This document shows positions 1 through 11,624 of a stretch of 64,000 nucleotides of DNA, piece after piece. Origin of the DNA: Octopus sinensis (Eukaryota); contig NC_043012.1 in NCBI RefSeq assembly GCF_006345805.1, forward strand, positions 54,808,001-54,872,000. The letters are read 5' to 3'. Under the pieces are notes generated by a model. That model did not search any database. It was not told the origin of the DNA and saw only the letters and a program-made list of their open reading frames with translations. The first letter of the stretch is position 1. Every line of letters starts with the position of its first letter. A program made the position numbers and the translations under genes.

Positions 1-41
1 GAGTAAAAGGCAGACTGTATGATGCATGTGTACGTACAGCC

Positions 42-539
42 ATGCTACATGGTAGTGAAACATGGGCCGTGACTGCTGAGGATATGCGTAAGCTCACAAG
101 AAATGAAGCCAGTATGCTCCGATGGATGTGTAATGTCAGTGTTCATAATCGACAGAGTGTAAGTACCTTGAGAGAAAAGTTAAACCTAAGAAGCATCAGT
201 TGTGGTGTGCAAGAGAGACGTCTGCGCTGGTATGGTCATGTGACGAGAATGGCTGAAGATAGTTGTGTGCAAAAGTGCTACACCCTAGCAGTTGAGGGAA
301 CCTGTGGAAGAGGTAGACCCAGGAAAACCTGGGACGAGGTAGTGAAGCACGACCTTCAAACTTTAGGTCTCACCAAGGAAATGACTAGAGACCGAGACCT
401 ATGGAAGATGCTGTGCGTGAGAAGACCCGACAAGACTAGTGAGGCCATAACCCGTGGCCTGTACCTGGTATGTAGCCAGTCGACTTATACATACCTTTCC
501 TTCTTGGGACACAAAACTCCACTTGTGAAGACCCGTTGA
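42..539 (+). pseudogene. RTE LINE ORF2 C-terminal fragment (post-RT region)
   Basis: MLHGSETWAVTAEDMRKL...RRLRWYGHVTRM...GRGRPRKTWDEVVKHDL; the frame after ...RDLWK appears shifted. Confidence 0.85.
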
Positions 540-639
540 GGCAAGTGAAAATCAAAAAATCAAAAAATCAAAATCCAACCAAATCAAATCAGATATCAGA
601 AAGCAGAACCAAAATCGAAGTCGATCAACATCAATGGAA

Positions 640-1060
640 ATTGCGGCTGTGATACCAGTGCTGGTGACAAGTAAGCGAACCATCCGATTGTGGCCGTTGC
701 CAGCGCCGCACCGACTGGCCTCCGTGCCGGTGGCACGTAAAAGCACCATCCGTTCATGTCCATTGCCAGCTTCGCCTGGTCCCGTGCCGGTGGCACATAA
801 AAGCACCATCCATTCATGGCCGTTTGCCAGCCTCGCCTCGCCCCCGTGCCGGTGGCACGTAAAAAGCACCATCCGTTCGTGGCCGTTGCCAGCGCCGCCC
901 CGACTGGCCTCCGTGCCAGTGACACGTAAAAGCACCATCCGTTCGTGTCCGTTGCCAGCCTCGCCTGGCCCCCGTGCCGGTGGCACGTAAAAGCACCATC
1001 CGTTCGTGGCTGTTTGCCAGCACCATCTGGCACCTGTGTGGGTGGCACATAAAAAGCACC
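640..1060 (+). repeat. Tandem 60-68 bp GC-rich units inside the RTE 3'UTR (about 6 copies)
   Basis: Recurring gtggcacgtaaaagcaccatccgttcgtggccgttgccagc near 731, 791, 852, 920, 981 and 1043. Confidence 0.85.
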
Positions 1061-1328
1061 TACTACACTCGTGGAGTGGTTGGCGTTAGGAAGGGCATCC
1101 AGCCGTAGAAACACTGCCAGATCAAGATTTGAGCCTGGTGCAGCCATCTGGTTCGCCAGTCCTCAGTCAAATTGTCCAACCCATGCTAGCATGGAAAGCA
1201 GATGTTAAACGATGATGATGATGATGATGATTATATATATATATATACAATAATTATTTGAGGGAATATTATTCCTAACTTACAGGGAAAAATTTAGAAA
1301 TGCTAAATCAAATTTCACAAAATATAAC

Positions 1329-1587
1329 ATATATATATAAAAATTAGAAAAAAAACACCTTTTATCAATTCAAAATGAACAATTAAATTACACCATCTAG
1401 AAAATTACATATAATACAAATATTTAAAATAAAATAGCAATAATATACCGATGATTAAGTAAATTGCAAAATAATAATAAAAACGTTATTGTTATTTTAT
1501 TTTTAATATTTGTATTATATGTAATTTTCTAGATGGTGTAATTTAATTGTTCATTTTGAATTGATAAAAGGTGGTTTCTTTCTAATT

Positions 1588-1600
<13 letters not shown>
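1329..1600. repeat. Long AT-rich inverted repeat (arms about 115 bp, spacer about 40 bp); fold-back/MITE-like
   Basis: cacctttt atcaattcaaaatgaacaattaaattacaccatctagaaaattacatataatacaaata (about 1356-1422) is the exact reverse complement of about 1507-1573. Confidence 0.85.
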
Positions 1601-1624
<24 letters not shown>

Positions 1625-1942
1625 TTAGGTAAAGATAGTTATGGGAGTTACCCAGGGCTTCATGTCCACAAAACGCTTAGTTTTACATTTTGTCAGACCT
1701 TAATGACTTCGAGGTCTTTTCTTCCTCCACTTTGAAGAGAGGTTATAGGCCATCAGCCATTTGGGTCTGACAAGATGTAAAGCTAGATGCTTTCTGAATG
1801 TGAACCCTGGGTAACCCCATAGACCAGCCATAACTATCTTTACCTAAATATTCTACTGCTCTGTATTTTAGAGTGCGTTTCACTTTTGGATTTATGATTT
1901 ACTGATGATGTATATATATTTATTATACACACACACACACAT

Positions 1943-2415
1943 CATCGTCGTCATCATTGTTTAACATCCGCTTTCCATGCGTTGCCCTTCCTAAGGCCAA
2001 CCACTCTGAGAGTGTAGTAGGTGCTTTTATAATGGGTTGGATGATTTGACTGGGGACTGGTGAACCAGAAGGCTGCACCAGGCTCCAATCTTGATCTGGC
2101 AGAGTTTCTACAGCTGGATGCCTTTCCTAATGCCAACCACTCTGAGAGTGTAGTGGGTGCTTTTACATGCCACTGGCACGGGGATCAGTCAGGCGGTACT
2201 GGCAACGACGGTTTCACTGAGGACTGGCAAGCCAGAAGGCTGTGCCAGGCTCCACTCTAATCTGGCAAGGTTTCTACAGATGGACACCCTTCCTAAGGCC
2301 AACCACTCTGAGAGTGTAGTAGGTGCTTTTTATGTGCCATTGGCATGAGGGCCATTCAGGCAGTACTGGCATTAACCATTTTTGAATGGTACTTTTACAT
2401 GCCACCGGCACTGGT
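1943..2415 (-). mobile_element. RTE 3'UTR/tail fragments (degenerate, partly duplicated)
   Basis: catcatcgtcgtcatcattgtttaacatccgctttccatgc start; repeated gccaaccactctgagagtgtagt blocks. Confidence 0.75.
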
Positions 2416-2448
2416 ATCATGCAACTATATATATATATCTTTACATCT

Positions 2449-2815
2449 TTTATCTTGTTTCAGTCATTAGACTGTGGCTATGCTGGGGCACCACCTTCAA
2501 AAATGTTTAGTTGAATGCATCGACCATAATACTTATTTTTTTAAAGTGTGGTACTTATTTTATCATTCTCTTTTACCAAACTGTTAAGTTACTGGGATGT
2601 AAACCTATCAGAACTGGTTGTTAAGCAGTGTGTGTGGGGAAACACAGTCACAAAGACACACACACACACAAACATGCAGCATGCTTCTTTCAGTTTCAGT
2701 CTATTAAATCCACTCACAAGGATTTGGTTGGCCTGAGGCTATAATAGAAGACACTTGCCCAAGGCATCATGCGGGGAGCTGAGCCCTGAATCATATGGTT
2801 GGGAAGCAAGCTTCT
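2449..2815 (-). mobile_element. tRNA-headed SINE, family A (octopus OK/OR-type group), diverged copy
   Basis: Reverse-complement match to the ttgtttcagtcatttgactg...ctggagcacc tail and gcaagcttct head shared with more than 25 copies. Confidence 0.8.
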
Positions 2816-3171
2816 AATATGTACATAAGTGTGTGTGTTTAAAATTTTGGCACAAGGCCACCAATTTGGGGGAGAGGTAAGTCAATTACATCCACCCCAG
2901 TGCGTAACTGGTACTTATTTTATCAACCCTGAAAGAGTGAAAGGCAAAGTCGACCAGGATGGAATTTGAACTCAGAATGTAAATGTGAAGAACGTCTGTG
3001 GAGTACTCAGCCACTTGCTGATTAATTTCATGAGCAGGCTGTTCCATTCATTGGATCAAGTGGTACACTTATTATTATAACTGACTGAGTGGCAATTATA
3101 ATAAATCAATGATGGCTAAGAAATGTCAAAGCAACTGTCCATGATCCATGGTGGCATGGGTTAGATGGTTT

Positions 3172-3590
3172 CTTATTTCTTTACTGCCCACATGGGGCTA
3201 CACACAGAGGGGACAAACAAGGACAACACATGGATTAAGTCGATTATATCGACTCCAGTGTATAACTGGTACTTATTTAATCGACCCCGAAAGGATGAAA
3301 GGTAAAGTTGACCTCGGCGGAATTTGAACTCAGAACGTAGCGGCAGATGAAATACCTATTTCTTTACTACCCACAAGGGGCTAAACACAGGGAGGACAAA
3401 CAAGGACAGACAAATGGATTAAGTCGATTATATCGACCCCAGTGCGTAACTGGTACTTAATTTATCGACTCCGAAAGGATGAAAGGCAAAATCGACCTCA
3501 GCGGAATTTGAACTCAGAACGTAATGGCAGATGAAATACGGCTACGCATTTCGTCCGTCATGCTAACATCTCTGCCAGCTCGCTGCCTTA
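3172..3590 (-). mobile_element. Two adjacent SINE family C copies
   Basis: Two blocks of gtcgattatatcgaccccagtgcgtaactggtacttatttaatcgaccccgaaaggatgaaaggcaaagtcgacctcggcggaatttgaactcagaac. Confidence 0.8.
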
Positions 3591-3799
3591 GATGGGTTAG
3601 ATGGTTTGACATGGTTGGATTGGCCTAAGGACTACATTTGTGCTCCACTGTCTGCTTTAGTATAGTTTCTGCAGATGGATGCCATGTATACTGGGTGCTT
3701 TTTTCATGCTACCAGTACTATTGAGGCTGTAATGCAGCTTGCAAGACTATGTACTTAGGAGGGGAAACTTGGAGATGAGGAGCAAAAGATGGGTAAAAG

Positions 3800-4180
3800 T
3801 ATAAAAAAAGGGGCCAGAGCAGAACAGGTTTCTTCTTGTAAAGGAGCTATTTGACTGGTCATATTTTAAAAGAAAGGGTGGGAATGATAAAAAAAGTATT
3901 AAAAAAGGGGCAAGAGCAGAACAGGTTTCTTCTTGTAAAGGAGCTATTTGACTGGTCATATTTTAAAAGAAAGGGTGGGAATGATAAAAAAATTATTAAA
4001 AAAGGGGCGAGAGCAGAACAGGTTTCTTCTTGTAAAGGAGCTATTTGACTGGTCATATTTTAAAAGAAAGGGTGGGAATGATAAAAAAAGTATTAAAAAA
4101 GGGGCAAGAGCAGAACAGGTTTCTTCTTGTAAAGGAGCTATTTGACTGGTCATATTTTAAAAGCAAAGGGTGGGAATGAT
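3800..4180 (+). repeat. 97-bp minisatellite, about 3.9 near-identical copies
   Basis: gagcagaacaggtttcttcttgtaaaggagctatttgactggtcatattttaaaag repeats with period 97 (ORF track starts 3851/3948 and 3859/3956/4053). Confidence 0.95.
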
Positions 4181-4504
4181 CAAGAGGAGCAAGAAAGCAG
4201 AAACAGGAGCAAGGGTAGGGGGTGTTTGACAGGGCTGAGTAGCAGAATAACAATGAAGTAAGAGTAGATAGGATAAAAATGATAGAGAGAGAGAGGAGGG
4301 GGAGGAGATGATGTTGAGTATGTGCAGGAGTGGGTAGGAAAGCGAGAAACAGATGTAGTGCATGAGGAGGGTGAGAGATGATTGGTGGTGAGTGAAAATA
4401 ATCATTGAAAGTGTGGGCGAAGAAAACAGTATTAACAAACGAAGGGTGGATAATGAGTGAAACAGTCCTGGCTAGTAAGAAAAGTAGATGGCATCAAGGA
4501 AGAG

Positions 4505-4665
4505 ATACAGTTAGGTGATGGGAATATCATGAGGACTGTTGTGCTTCGTATATATTTTACCCAAGTGTCACTTTGATGGCATGCACTGCTCTCTCACTCA
4601 CTCAATAATAATAATAATAATAATAGGAACGGCTCATGTACTGAGAAGAGCATTATCGCTGTGAT
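4505..4665 (+). mobile_element. R4/Dong-type LINE terminal fragments beside (TAA)n
   Basis: A (taa)n run followed by IGTAHVLRRALS, resembling the terminal LGTARILRKVL of R4/Dong ORFs. Confidence 0.5.
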
Positions 4666-4868
4666 AACAACATCCATTCATGAATTTATTTATTCATTAA
4701 TTTTTTTAAATACATATTTTACCTGTGAATTTGCATGTGTAATCTGGGAATGCATACAATGAGCTTCTCTGCCCTAGGTGTACTCGACGAGAAATGGAAG
4801 AAAATTTGAAGAAAGAAGGAAAAATAATGATAATAATAATAATAATAACAACAACAATAATGGTGTAT

Positions 4869-5152
4869 ACCAATGTTAAAATCCTCTGGGACTTTAACAT
4901 GCAAACTAACCATGCGATAGAACATAGAAAGTCAGATATTTTGGTGCTGTACAAGAAAAATAGAAAACATGATATTATTGACATAATAGTCCCCAGGGAC
5001 AAGAATATAAAAAGTAAGGAGGAAGAGAAAGTAACTAATGAGGACTGAAAAGAGAACTAAAAAATATATGGAACTTAAAGGAAGCTGGTGTAACCTTAGT
5101 TGAAGTTGGCATGTTGGGAATGGAAACCACCATTCTTAAATCCTGGTTATAT
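4869..5152 (+). pseudogene. R4/Dong-clade non-LTR retrotransposon restriction-like endonuclease fragment
   Basis: TNVKILWDFNMQTNHAIEHRKSDILVLYKKNRKHDIIDIIVPRDKNIKSKEEEK, then frameshifted LKRELKNIWNLK...VGMLG. This fits the KILWDF...RPDI..D....IIDIAVP...KE.EK motif. Confidence 0.85.
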
Positions 5153-5171
5153 ACAAGGAGTGTTAAAAAAT

Positions 5172-5470
5172 CATCATCGTCAGCATCATCATTGTTTAAC
5201 ATCCACCTTCGATGCTGGCATGAGTTGGATGGTTTCATAAGATTGTTCTTGGCGTCTGTGTCTGTTTTGGCATGGTCTTTATGGCTGGATGCCTTTCCTT
5301 ACACCAACCACCCTACAGAGTGGACTGAGCACTTTTTACATGGCACAAGCACAGGTGAGGTCAGTTTTGGCATGATTTTTGCAGCTGGATGCCCTCCCAA
5401 ATGCCAACCTCTTCACAGTGTGGACTGGATGCTTTTTACATAGCACCAGCACCGGCTGGGTTACCAAGTA
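5172..5470 (-). mobile_element. RTE-type tail fragment
   Basis: catcatcattgtttaacatccaccttcgatgctggcatg; repeated gctggatgcc(c)t motifs. Confidence 0.6.
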
Positions 5471-5699
5471 ACTTGGAATTTTTGAGAGGGGAGAGGGCAT
5501 TGGAAAAGATGATCTTGTGTTAGATGATGGAAGGTTAAAGTGTGACAGACAGAGAGAGAGAAGGCAGAAACAGGTGTTTTGCTGTAGAGGAGGTATATGG
5601 TTACCCAGCAGAGAGAGGGAAAGACAAAAAAATGCTACATGGGTTAATTCCTTTGGGTGGGAAGTGACGCTACCCTTCCTGCATATGCATTAACATTTT

Positions 5700-5935
5700 C
5701 ATAACAGTAGGCCATGAGAGTTCCCAGCTGTTACACATAGAGTAGAGACATATAGTGTGTACTTGTCTCATCACTGGTGACGATGTGGTTTTCATGAAGA
5801 CTGGGTTGTGGTTTACACAGTCCAGCATGTCTTGGGTGATACCCATGCAGAGTTGCTTCTACAAGCCAAAACCTTGAGGCCTGTGGCTGCAAGATGTAGC
5901 TTGTTGTTCATCACTCTGATACCAAGATAATTCTG
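5700..5935 (-). pseudogene. Decayed mariner transposase fragment
   Basis: Minus-strand ITQDMLDCVNHNPVFMKT, then frameshifted HIVTSDET, matching the mariner QDML..V...P.FM.TIITGDET first-aspartate region. Confidence 0.75.
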
Positions 5936-6299
5936 TGATGATGATGATGATGATGATGATCCTTTCTACGGGAAGCACAAGGTCTCAAATTTTAGGGGAA
6001 AGAATTAAGTCGATTACATCAACTCCAATGCATAACTGGTACTTATTTAACCGACCCTGAAAGGATGAAAAGCAAAGTAGACTTCAGTGTGCTAACGATT
6101 CTGCCAGCTTGCCACCTTATAATAATAATAATGTTGTTTTTTTTATTTGCCTCAGTAGAATCAGATGAGGAGCACATTACAAAGACAGGTTAACATTTTG
6201 TGTGTGTGTTGGTGTACATAAGATTGTTAAGGGAAAAGAAAGGGCAGTTGGTGGGGAAAAAATGAGATAAAAAGTATACATAATATGGAAATGGATGGA

Positions 6300-7560
6300 A
6301 CAGTCCTCCTGACACAGAAGAGCCTCCAACTAGTGTCAATGAAGGAACCTTACAGATCCAGGGTCACTGAGGATATTAACTCTTGTCCAACTACTGTTCT
6401 CCAATCTACAAATGCATACTTAGGTTAGTTCTGTTCACTCTAATTTTTTCCTGATCAGTCACCTTTTGAAAAACATACTGGAGAACTCCCTATCAACTTT
6501 CATTTTCCTTTCCATGTGAAACACGAAAGAAATTGATACAGGGCTGACTGAAGGGGAGGGTGTCTATCTTCAATCCTTTCAGCCACATCTACAAAACAAT
6601 CTCTTTCACCATAGACAGAGGAAAATGCCTGCTTCATCTCATTAAAGGAGGTTGTGTGATAATGTTCACAATGGACTCAGTCTGTAGCTAGATCTGACCC
6701 TCATGCAACGACAAAAAGCTGTTCTATATAATTCTACAGGTCTGTGCTTGGCTACTGCATGAGTATGTTCAGTACAGTTTTGTCATGTTGCATTCATTTC
6801 AGACTGTCCTGCCTGGTGGTACTTCCATTCCTGAAGTGTTTATCTTAAACATTTTGGTAGCACTCCTTAGTATTGCTGCCAAGCCAAGGATTTCTGGAAG
6901 TTATCCTTAGTAGTAGTACATCTGAGAGTACTCTGAAACAGACCAGCCACTTCATTTTCAGCACCTAGAGTTTCTCTGTGAATTTATTACTGTTACCCAG
7001 TACTAGCCCTCTAGATATTGCTCCACAGGATCCTCCAACAGTTTGGAGGAAATGAGTTGGCATTGGATGGGTGCTTCACAATTCCATACATAGTTCATGG
7101 AAGGAAAAGGCGAGGACAAGATCTCTCCGAACAAATAACAATAATAATTTATTTCGCCTGAATAAACATTTCCTCTCTGGAGATCAGTAGCCTGGACGCC
7201 TTGGTGTGGAAGCAGCAGGGTTGGTAGTTAGGCACAAAAATACGAAGGCATTTTCACAGACTCACAACGTCGCTCTCCATCAGAATTCCTGCTCCACGGA
7301 GCTGGTCTAAGTTGCGTCCTGTCTGGTCAGAAGCTGGGGCCGAAAAGGATGAATGGGTGGTCAAGCCTAGCTGCTGATGATGATTGTGCATGCACATAAG
7401 GGGCTTCCATCAGATCTCCGGAAAGCTCTAATTCTATGCGCATGCGTGGATGAATGTTCCACAATGGTGTCTAGAACCAGGTGTCACTACAAGCTGTATA
7501 TTTTGTCAATAGTTAATGCAGCATGCATTCCTTATGCAGATAATTTGAATATTATGACAT
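6300..7560 (-). mobile_element. Heavily decayed retroelement-like coding remnant (possibly DIRS-type RT)
   Basis: More GC-balanced stretch without SINEs. Fragmentary minus-strand peptides (MTKL..RII / YIEQLFVVA) resemble FTKL...RIVIYLDDLLVVA, with many stops. Confidence 0.25.
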
Positions 7561-8404
7561 ATCCTATATGTCCTACATATAAAGCTTTTAAGGTGAAACA
7601 TACACCACGATATGAAAATTTTATTTAATATACATTCACAACATATATTTTTTATCATTAATATAAATAAGTTTTCATCTGATAAAAGTGAAATCCTGTC
7701 CGTCTGGGACCCCTATATTTCAGTCTATATTTGCTCTACATAGACATATTATACTTTTTTGGAATCAGGATGATTCTGGAATTGAAAATCTGCCCTTTAT
7801 TTGGCTTTTGAACATCCAGCATTGGGATCTGATTTAAAAGCATTTTGGGTTGCTATTTCTAGCAGGTAAAGCTTGGCTGATTCACACCATCTTGGTTGGC
7901 TTTTGTCAGATGATGTCAGAGATGAAGGGGGAGATAAATGATATTCATTTCATTAATTTTACGTTGTGATAAAAACTTTAGGACAATTGGCCAAAATATG
8001 GAATTCAACTTGGAACTGGAACTATAGAATGATTACTTTAAAGAATTAATTCTCATCCGTCCTTAATCTCTGATCAAACATCACGGGGGCATATAGTCAT
8101 TATAGACATATTATAGTCATGTTATTTAGCAGTCTTTAGTTTTGGGTCAGAGGCCCAATTAGCCCTCTGCAGGAGCTAGCTTAAAAGTTTACACAGAGTG
8201 CAGTTTCTAAGCTAGCCTAAAATATATTACAATTCTGAAGTACAAAAATATACATATTGGCAATACTTGTATATAGTCTGCATTTCAAGCATTGCACATA
8301 TACGTTGTACACTGCCTTGTACCTTATAACTTAATAGATCCTTTGATGAGTCATTTTTGCAAACATGGATAGAATAACATATCATTGATAGATTTTACTC
8401 TATA

Positions 8405-8800
8405 GGCATAGGAGTAGCTGTGTGGTAAGTAGCTTGCTTACGAACCACATGGTTTCAGGTTCAGTCCCACTGCATGGCACCTTGGGCAAGTGTCTTCTGC
8501 TATAGCCTCGGGCTGACCAAAGCCTTGTGAGTGGATTTGGTCGACAGAAACTGAAAGAAGCTTGTCGTATACATGTATATATATATGTATGTGTGTGTCT
8601 GTGTTTGTCCTCCCAACACATCGCTTGACAACCAATGCTGGTGTGTTTATGTCCCCGTAACTTAGTAGTTCGGCAAAAGAGACCGATAGAATAAGTACTA
8701 AGCTTCCAAAGAATAAGTCCTGGGGTCAATTTGCTCGACTAAAAAGGTGGTGCTCCAGCATGGCCACAGTCAAATGATTGAAACAAGTAAAAGAGAGTAT
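8405..8800 (+). mobile_element. SINE family A, full length
   Basis: Head ggcataggagtagctgtgtggtaag (A box) and ggttcagtccc (B box), internal (TA/TG)n, tail ctgaaacaagtaaaagag. Confidence 0.9.
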
Positions 8801-8923
8801 ACAGTTTCATGTTTAATTATGTAGATTTTTGATTACAACAGTTTTTTTTATGAAGATTGTCTTCCCAATCAGATTTTATGATCATCACTTCTTTCTTTGT
8901 ACGACTTCAGATTATTTTTGCTT

Positions 8924-9081
8924 GAGTGGCTGTGTGGAAAGTAGCTTGCTTACTAACTACATGGTTCCGAGTTCTGTCCCACTGCGTCACATCTTGGGCA
9001 AGTGTCTTCTACTATAGCCTCAGGCCAACCAAAGCCTTGTGAGTGGATTTGGTAGTTGGAAACTGAAAGAAGCCTGTCGTA

Positions 9082-9121
<40 letters not shown>

Positions 9122-9343
9122 AGTGTGTATATGTTTGTGTGTCTGTATTTGTCCCCCACCCCATCACTCGACAACCGATGCTGGTGTGTTTACATCCCTG
9201 TAACTTAGCAGTTCAGCAAAGGAGACCAATAGAGTAGATACTAGGTTTACAAAGAATAAGTCCTGGGGTCGATTTGCTCGAGTAAAAAGGCGGTGCTCCA
9301 GCATGGCCGCAGTCAAATGACTGAAACAAGTAAAAGAGTTAAA
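8924..9343 (+). mobile_element. SINE family A
   Basis: Same head, body and tail as 8405-8800. Confidence 0.9.
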
Positions 9344-9510
9344 GAATATAGATACACAACAGAGTTTATTATTGAAAATAAATATAATAAAAGTCGTGTA
9401 TTTTTGTTACTAAAGCAAGTGGAGCTCATAGTTCTCTTTGTTACTTCTACCATTGAAATATATGGTAGAAAATTATGTAAATAATAAAAATATAAAAGAA
9501 TAATTTAGAT

Positions 9511-9890
9511 GGCATTGGAGTGTCTGTGTGGTAAGTAGCTTGCTTACAAACCACATGGATCCGGGTTCAGTCCCACTGCATGGCACCTTTGGCAAGTGCC
9601 CTCTACTATAGCCTCAGGCCAACCAAGGCTTGTGAGTGGATTTGGTAGACGGAAACAGAAAGAAGCCTGCCGTATATATGTATATGTGTGTGTGTGTGTG
9701 TGTGCATGTGTGTGTATGTTTGTGCGTCTGTGTTTGTTCCCCCAACATCGCTTGACAACCGATGCTGGTGTGTTTATGTTCCCGTCACTTAGTTGTTTGG
9801 CAAAAGAGACCAATAGAATAAGTACTAGGCTTACAAAGAATAAGTCCTGGGGTCAATTTGCACGACTAAAAGCGAAAGAGTAAAAGAGTT
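9511..9890 (+). mobile_element. SINE family A
   Basis: Same family; tail partly deleted. Confidence 0.85.
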
Positions 9891-9975
9891 ATGGGCACAA
9901 AAAAATACATCTATCTCTCTGCCTACCTGCCTATCTGTCTGTCTCTCCCTTATATGTATATATATATATACACAT

Positions 9976-10175
9976 ATCATCAGCATTATTTAACGTCCGC
10001 TTTCCATGCTGGCATGAGTTGGACAGTTTGACTGAGGGCTGGCAAGCCAGAAGGCTTCACCAGGCTCCAATCTGATCTGGCAAAGTTTCTACAGCCGGAT
10101 GCCCTACCCAATGCCAACCACTCCGAGAGTGTAGTGGGTGCTTTTACATGCCACCAGCATAAGGGCCAATCAGGT
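9976..10175 (-). mobile_element. RTE 3' tail fragment
   Basis: catcagcattatttaacgtccgctttccatgctggcatg...ccactccgagagtgtagtgggtgcttttacatgccacc. Confidence 0.8.
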
Positions 10176-10212
10176 GGTATATATAAATACATACGACAAA
10201 ATATGAAGTTTT

Positions 10213-10481
10213 AAAATTTATTGGTAGTATTTATTCACCATTACAGATGTTTCATTTACTAATAGGAGTTAGAGTTTTATGTGTTAGGCATGTGAGGAAT
10301 TTCCTGTTACAAATTATTCAGACAAAGAATTAAATAATACTTTTTAATATTATTTAATTCTCTATCTGGAGAATTTCTAATTGGAAGTTCCTTACATGTC
10401 TATCTAACATATAAAAATCAGTAATTCCTGTTAGCAAATGAAACATCTGTAATGTTGAATAAATAATACCAATAAATTTTC
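10213..10481. repeat. Old fold-back inverted repeat, arms about 130 bp, loop about 10 bp, roughly 80% identity by eye
   Basis: aaaatttattggtagtatttattcaccattacagatgtttcattt (left) pairs with aaatgaaacatctgtaatgttgaataaataataccaataaatttt (right). Confidence 0.8.
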
Positions 10482-10547
10482 TGACACTCTGTTTCATTAT
10501 ACAGGTAATATTTCTAGAATGTATGTATGTATGTATGCATACATACA

Positions 10548-11005
10548 TATCATCATCATCGTTTAGCGTCCGCTTTCCATGCTAGCATGGGTTGGACGGT
10601 TCAACTGGAGTCTGGGAAGCCAGAAGGCTGCACCATGCCCAGTCTGATCTGGCAATGTTTCTACAGTTGGATGCCCTTCCTAACGCCAACCACTCCGTGA
10701 GTGTAGTGGGTGCTTTTTACGTGCCAGACGAGGCTGGCAAGCGGCCATGATCGGATGGTGCTTTTTACATGCCACCAGCATGGAGGCCAAGTGAGGCTGG
10801 CAACGGCCACGATCAGATGGTGCTTTTTACGTGCCACTGGCACGGAGGCCAGTCGGGGCGGCGCTGGCAACGGCCACGTTCGGATGGTTCTCTTACGTGC
10901 CACTGGCACTGGTATCACAGCTACAATTTCCATTGATGTTGATCAATTTTGATTTTGATTGTCACTTGCCTCAACAGGTCTTCACAAGTAGAATTTTGTG
11001 TCCCA
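10548..11005 (-). mobile_element. RTE 3'UTR fragment with tandem units and tail
   Basis: Reverse-complement homolog of 560-1231. Confidence 0.85.
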
Positions 11006-11018
11006 AGTAGGAAAGGTA

Positions 11019-11058
<40 letters not shown>

Positions 11059-11284
11059 AGGGGGTGCTGAAAAGTTCCTGGCTTTGGGTAAAAGAAAATA
11101 CAGGAGGATCTGTTATGATTTTATTCAACATATTCCCCTCCCAGATTCACACACTTATTGAAGCAGTTCTTCAGTTTTTCTAAGCCCTGTAAAAGAACTT
11201 GGAAGGTAGAACCTTCAACCAGGCCTTTCACAATGCCTTTAAAGCCAAGAACCTTTCAGCACCTGTCATATATATATATATATA

Positions 11285-11591
11285 TCACGTGATCACATGA
11301 CCGACCAGGCTATTAGATGTTGCTACACATCGCTGGTCACAATGTGCTTCACATTCTTTTAGCCTTCAAATGACATCACCCTGCTGGCTAAGCGAGCAGG
11401 CCAACAGAAGAAAGAGTGAGAGAAAGTTGTGGCAAAAGAGTACAGCAGGGATCGCCACCAACCCCTGCTGGAGCCACATGGAGCTTTAGGTGTTTTCACT
11501 CAATAAACACTCACAACACCCGGTCTGGGAATCGAAACCGCGATCCTACAACGACAATTCCGCTGCCTTAACCACTGGGCCATTGCACCTC

Positions 11592-11592
<1 letters not shown>
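11285..11592 (-). mobile_element. tRNA-headed SINE family B
   Basis: Minus head ggaggtgcaatggcccagtggttaaggcagcgga...gtttcgattccc; tail ggtcacgtgatcacgtga. Confidence 0.85.

Positions 11593-11624
<32 letters not shown>

Larger units (their letters stand above)
1..1231 (+). mobile_element. RTE-clade LINE, 3' portion (ORF2 C-terminus, long 3'UTR, (GAT)n tail); extends left of the window
   Basis: ORF has RTE C-terminal motifs GSETW, RRLRWYGH and GRGRPRKTW. The 3'UTR ends in ...ggaaagcagatgttaaac(gat)n, the tail shared by about 10 truncated copies in the window. Confidence 0.9.

Noticed and set aside
552-1147. ORFs 552-986, 596-1147, 634-990 and 814-1059 as genes
   Set aside because: They are translations of the GC-rich tandem units in the RTE 3'UTR, which recur in other RTE fragments.
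3800-4180. CRISPR-like array
   Set aside because: Units are contiguous and identical with no unique spacers; eukaryotic context with no cas genes.
7377-7628. 83-aa plus-strand ORF
   Set aside because: No motifs or splice support; lies in a decayed TE-like region.
8175-8216. Hairpin gctagctta...taagctagc as a pre-miRNA
   Set aside because: The stem is only about 15 bp with wobbles and a mismatch; too short.
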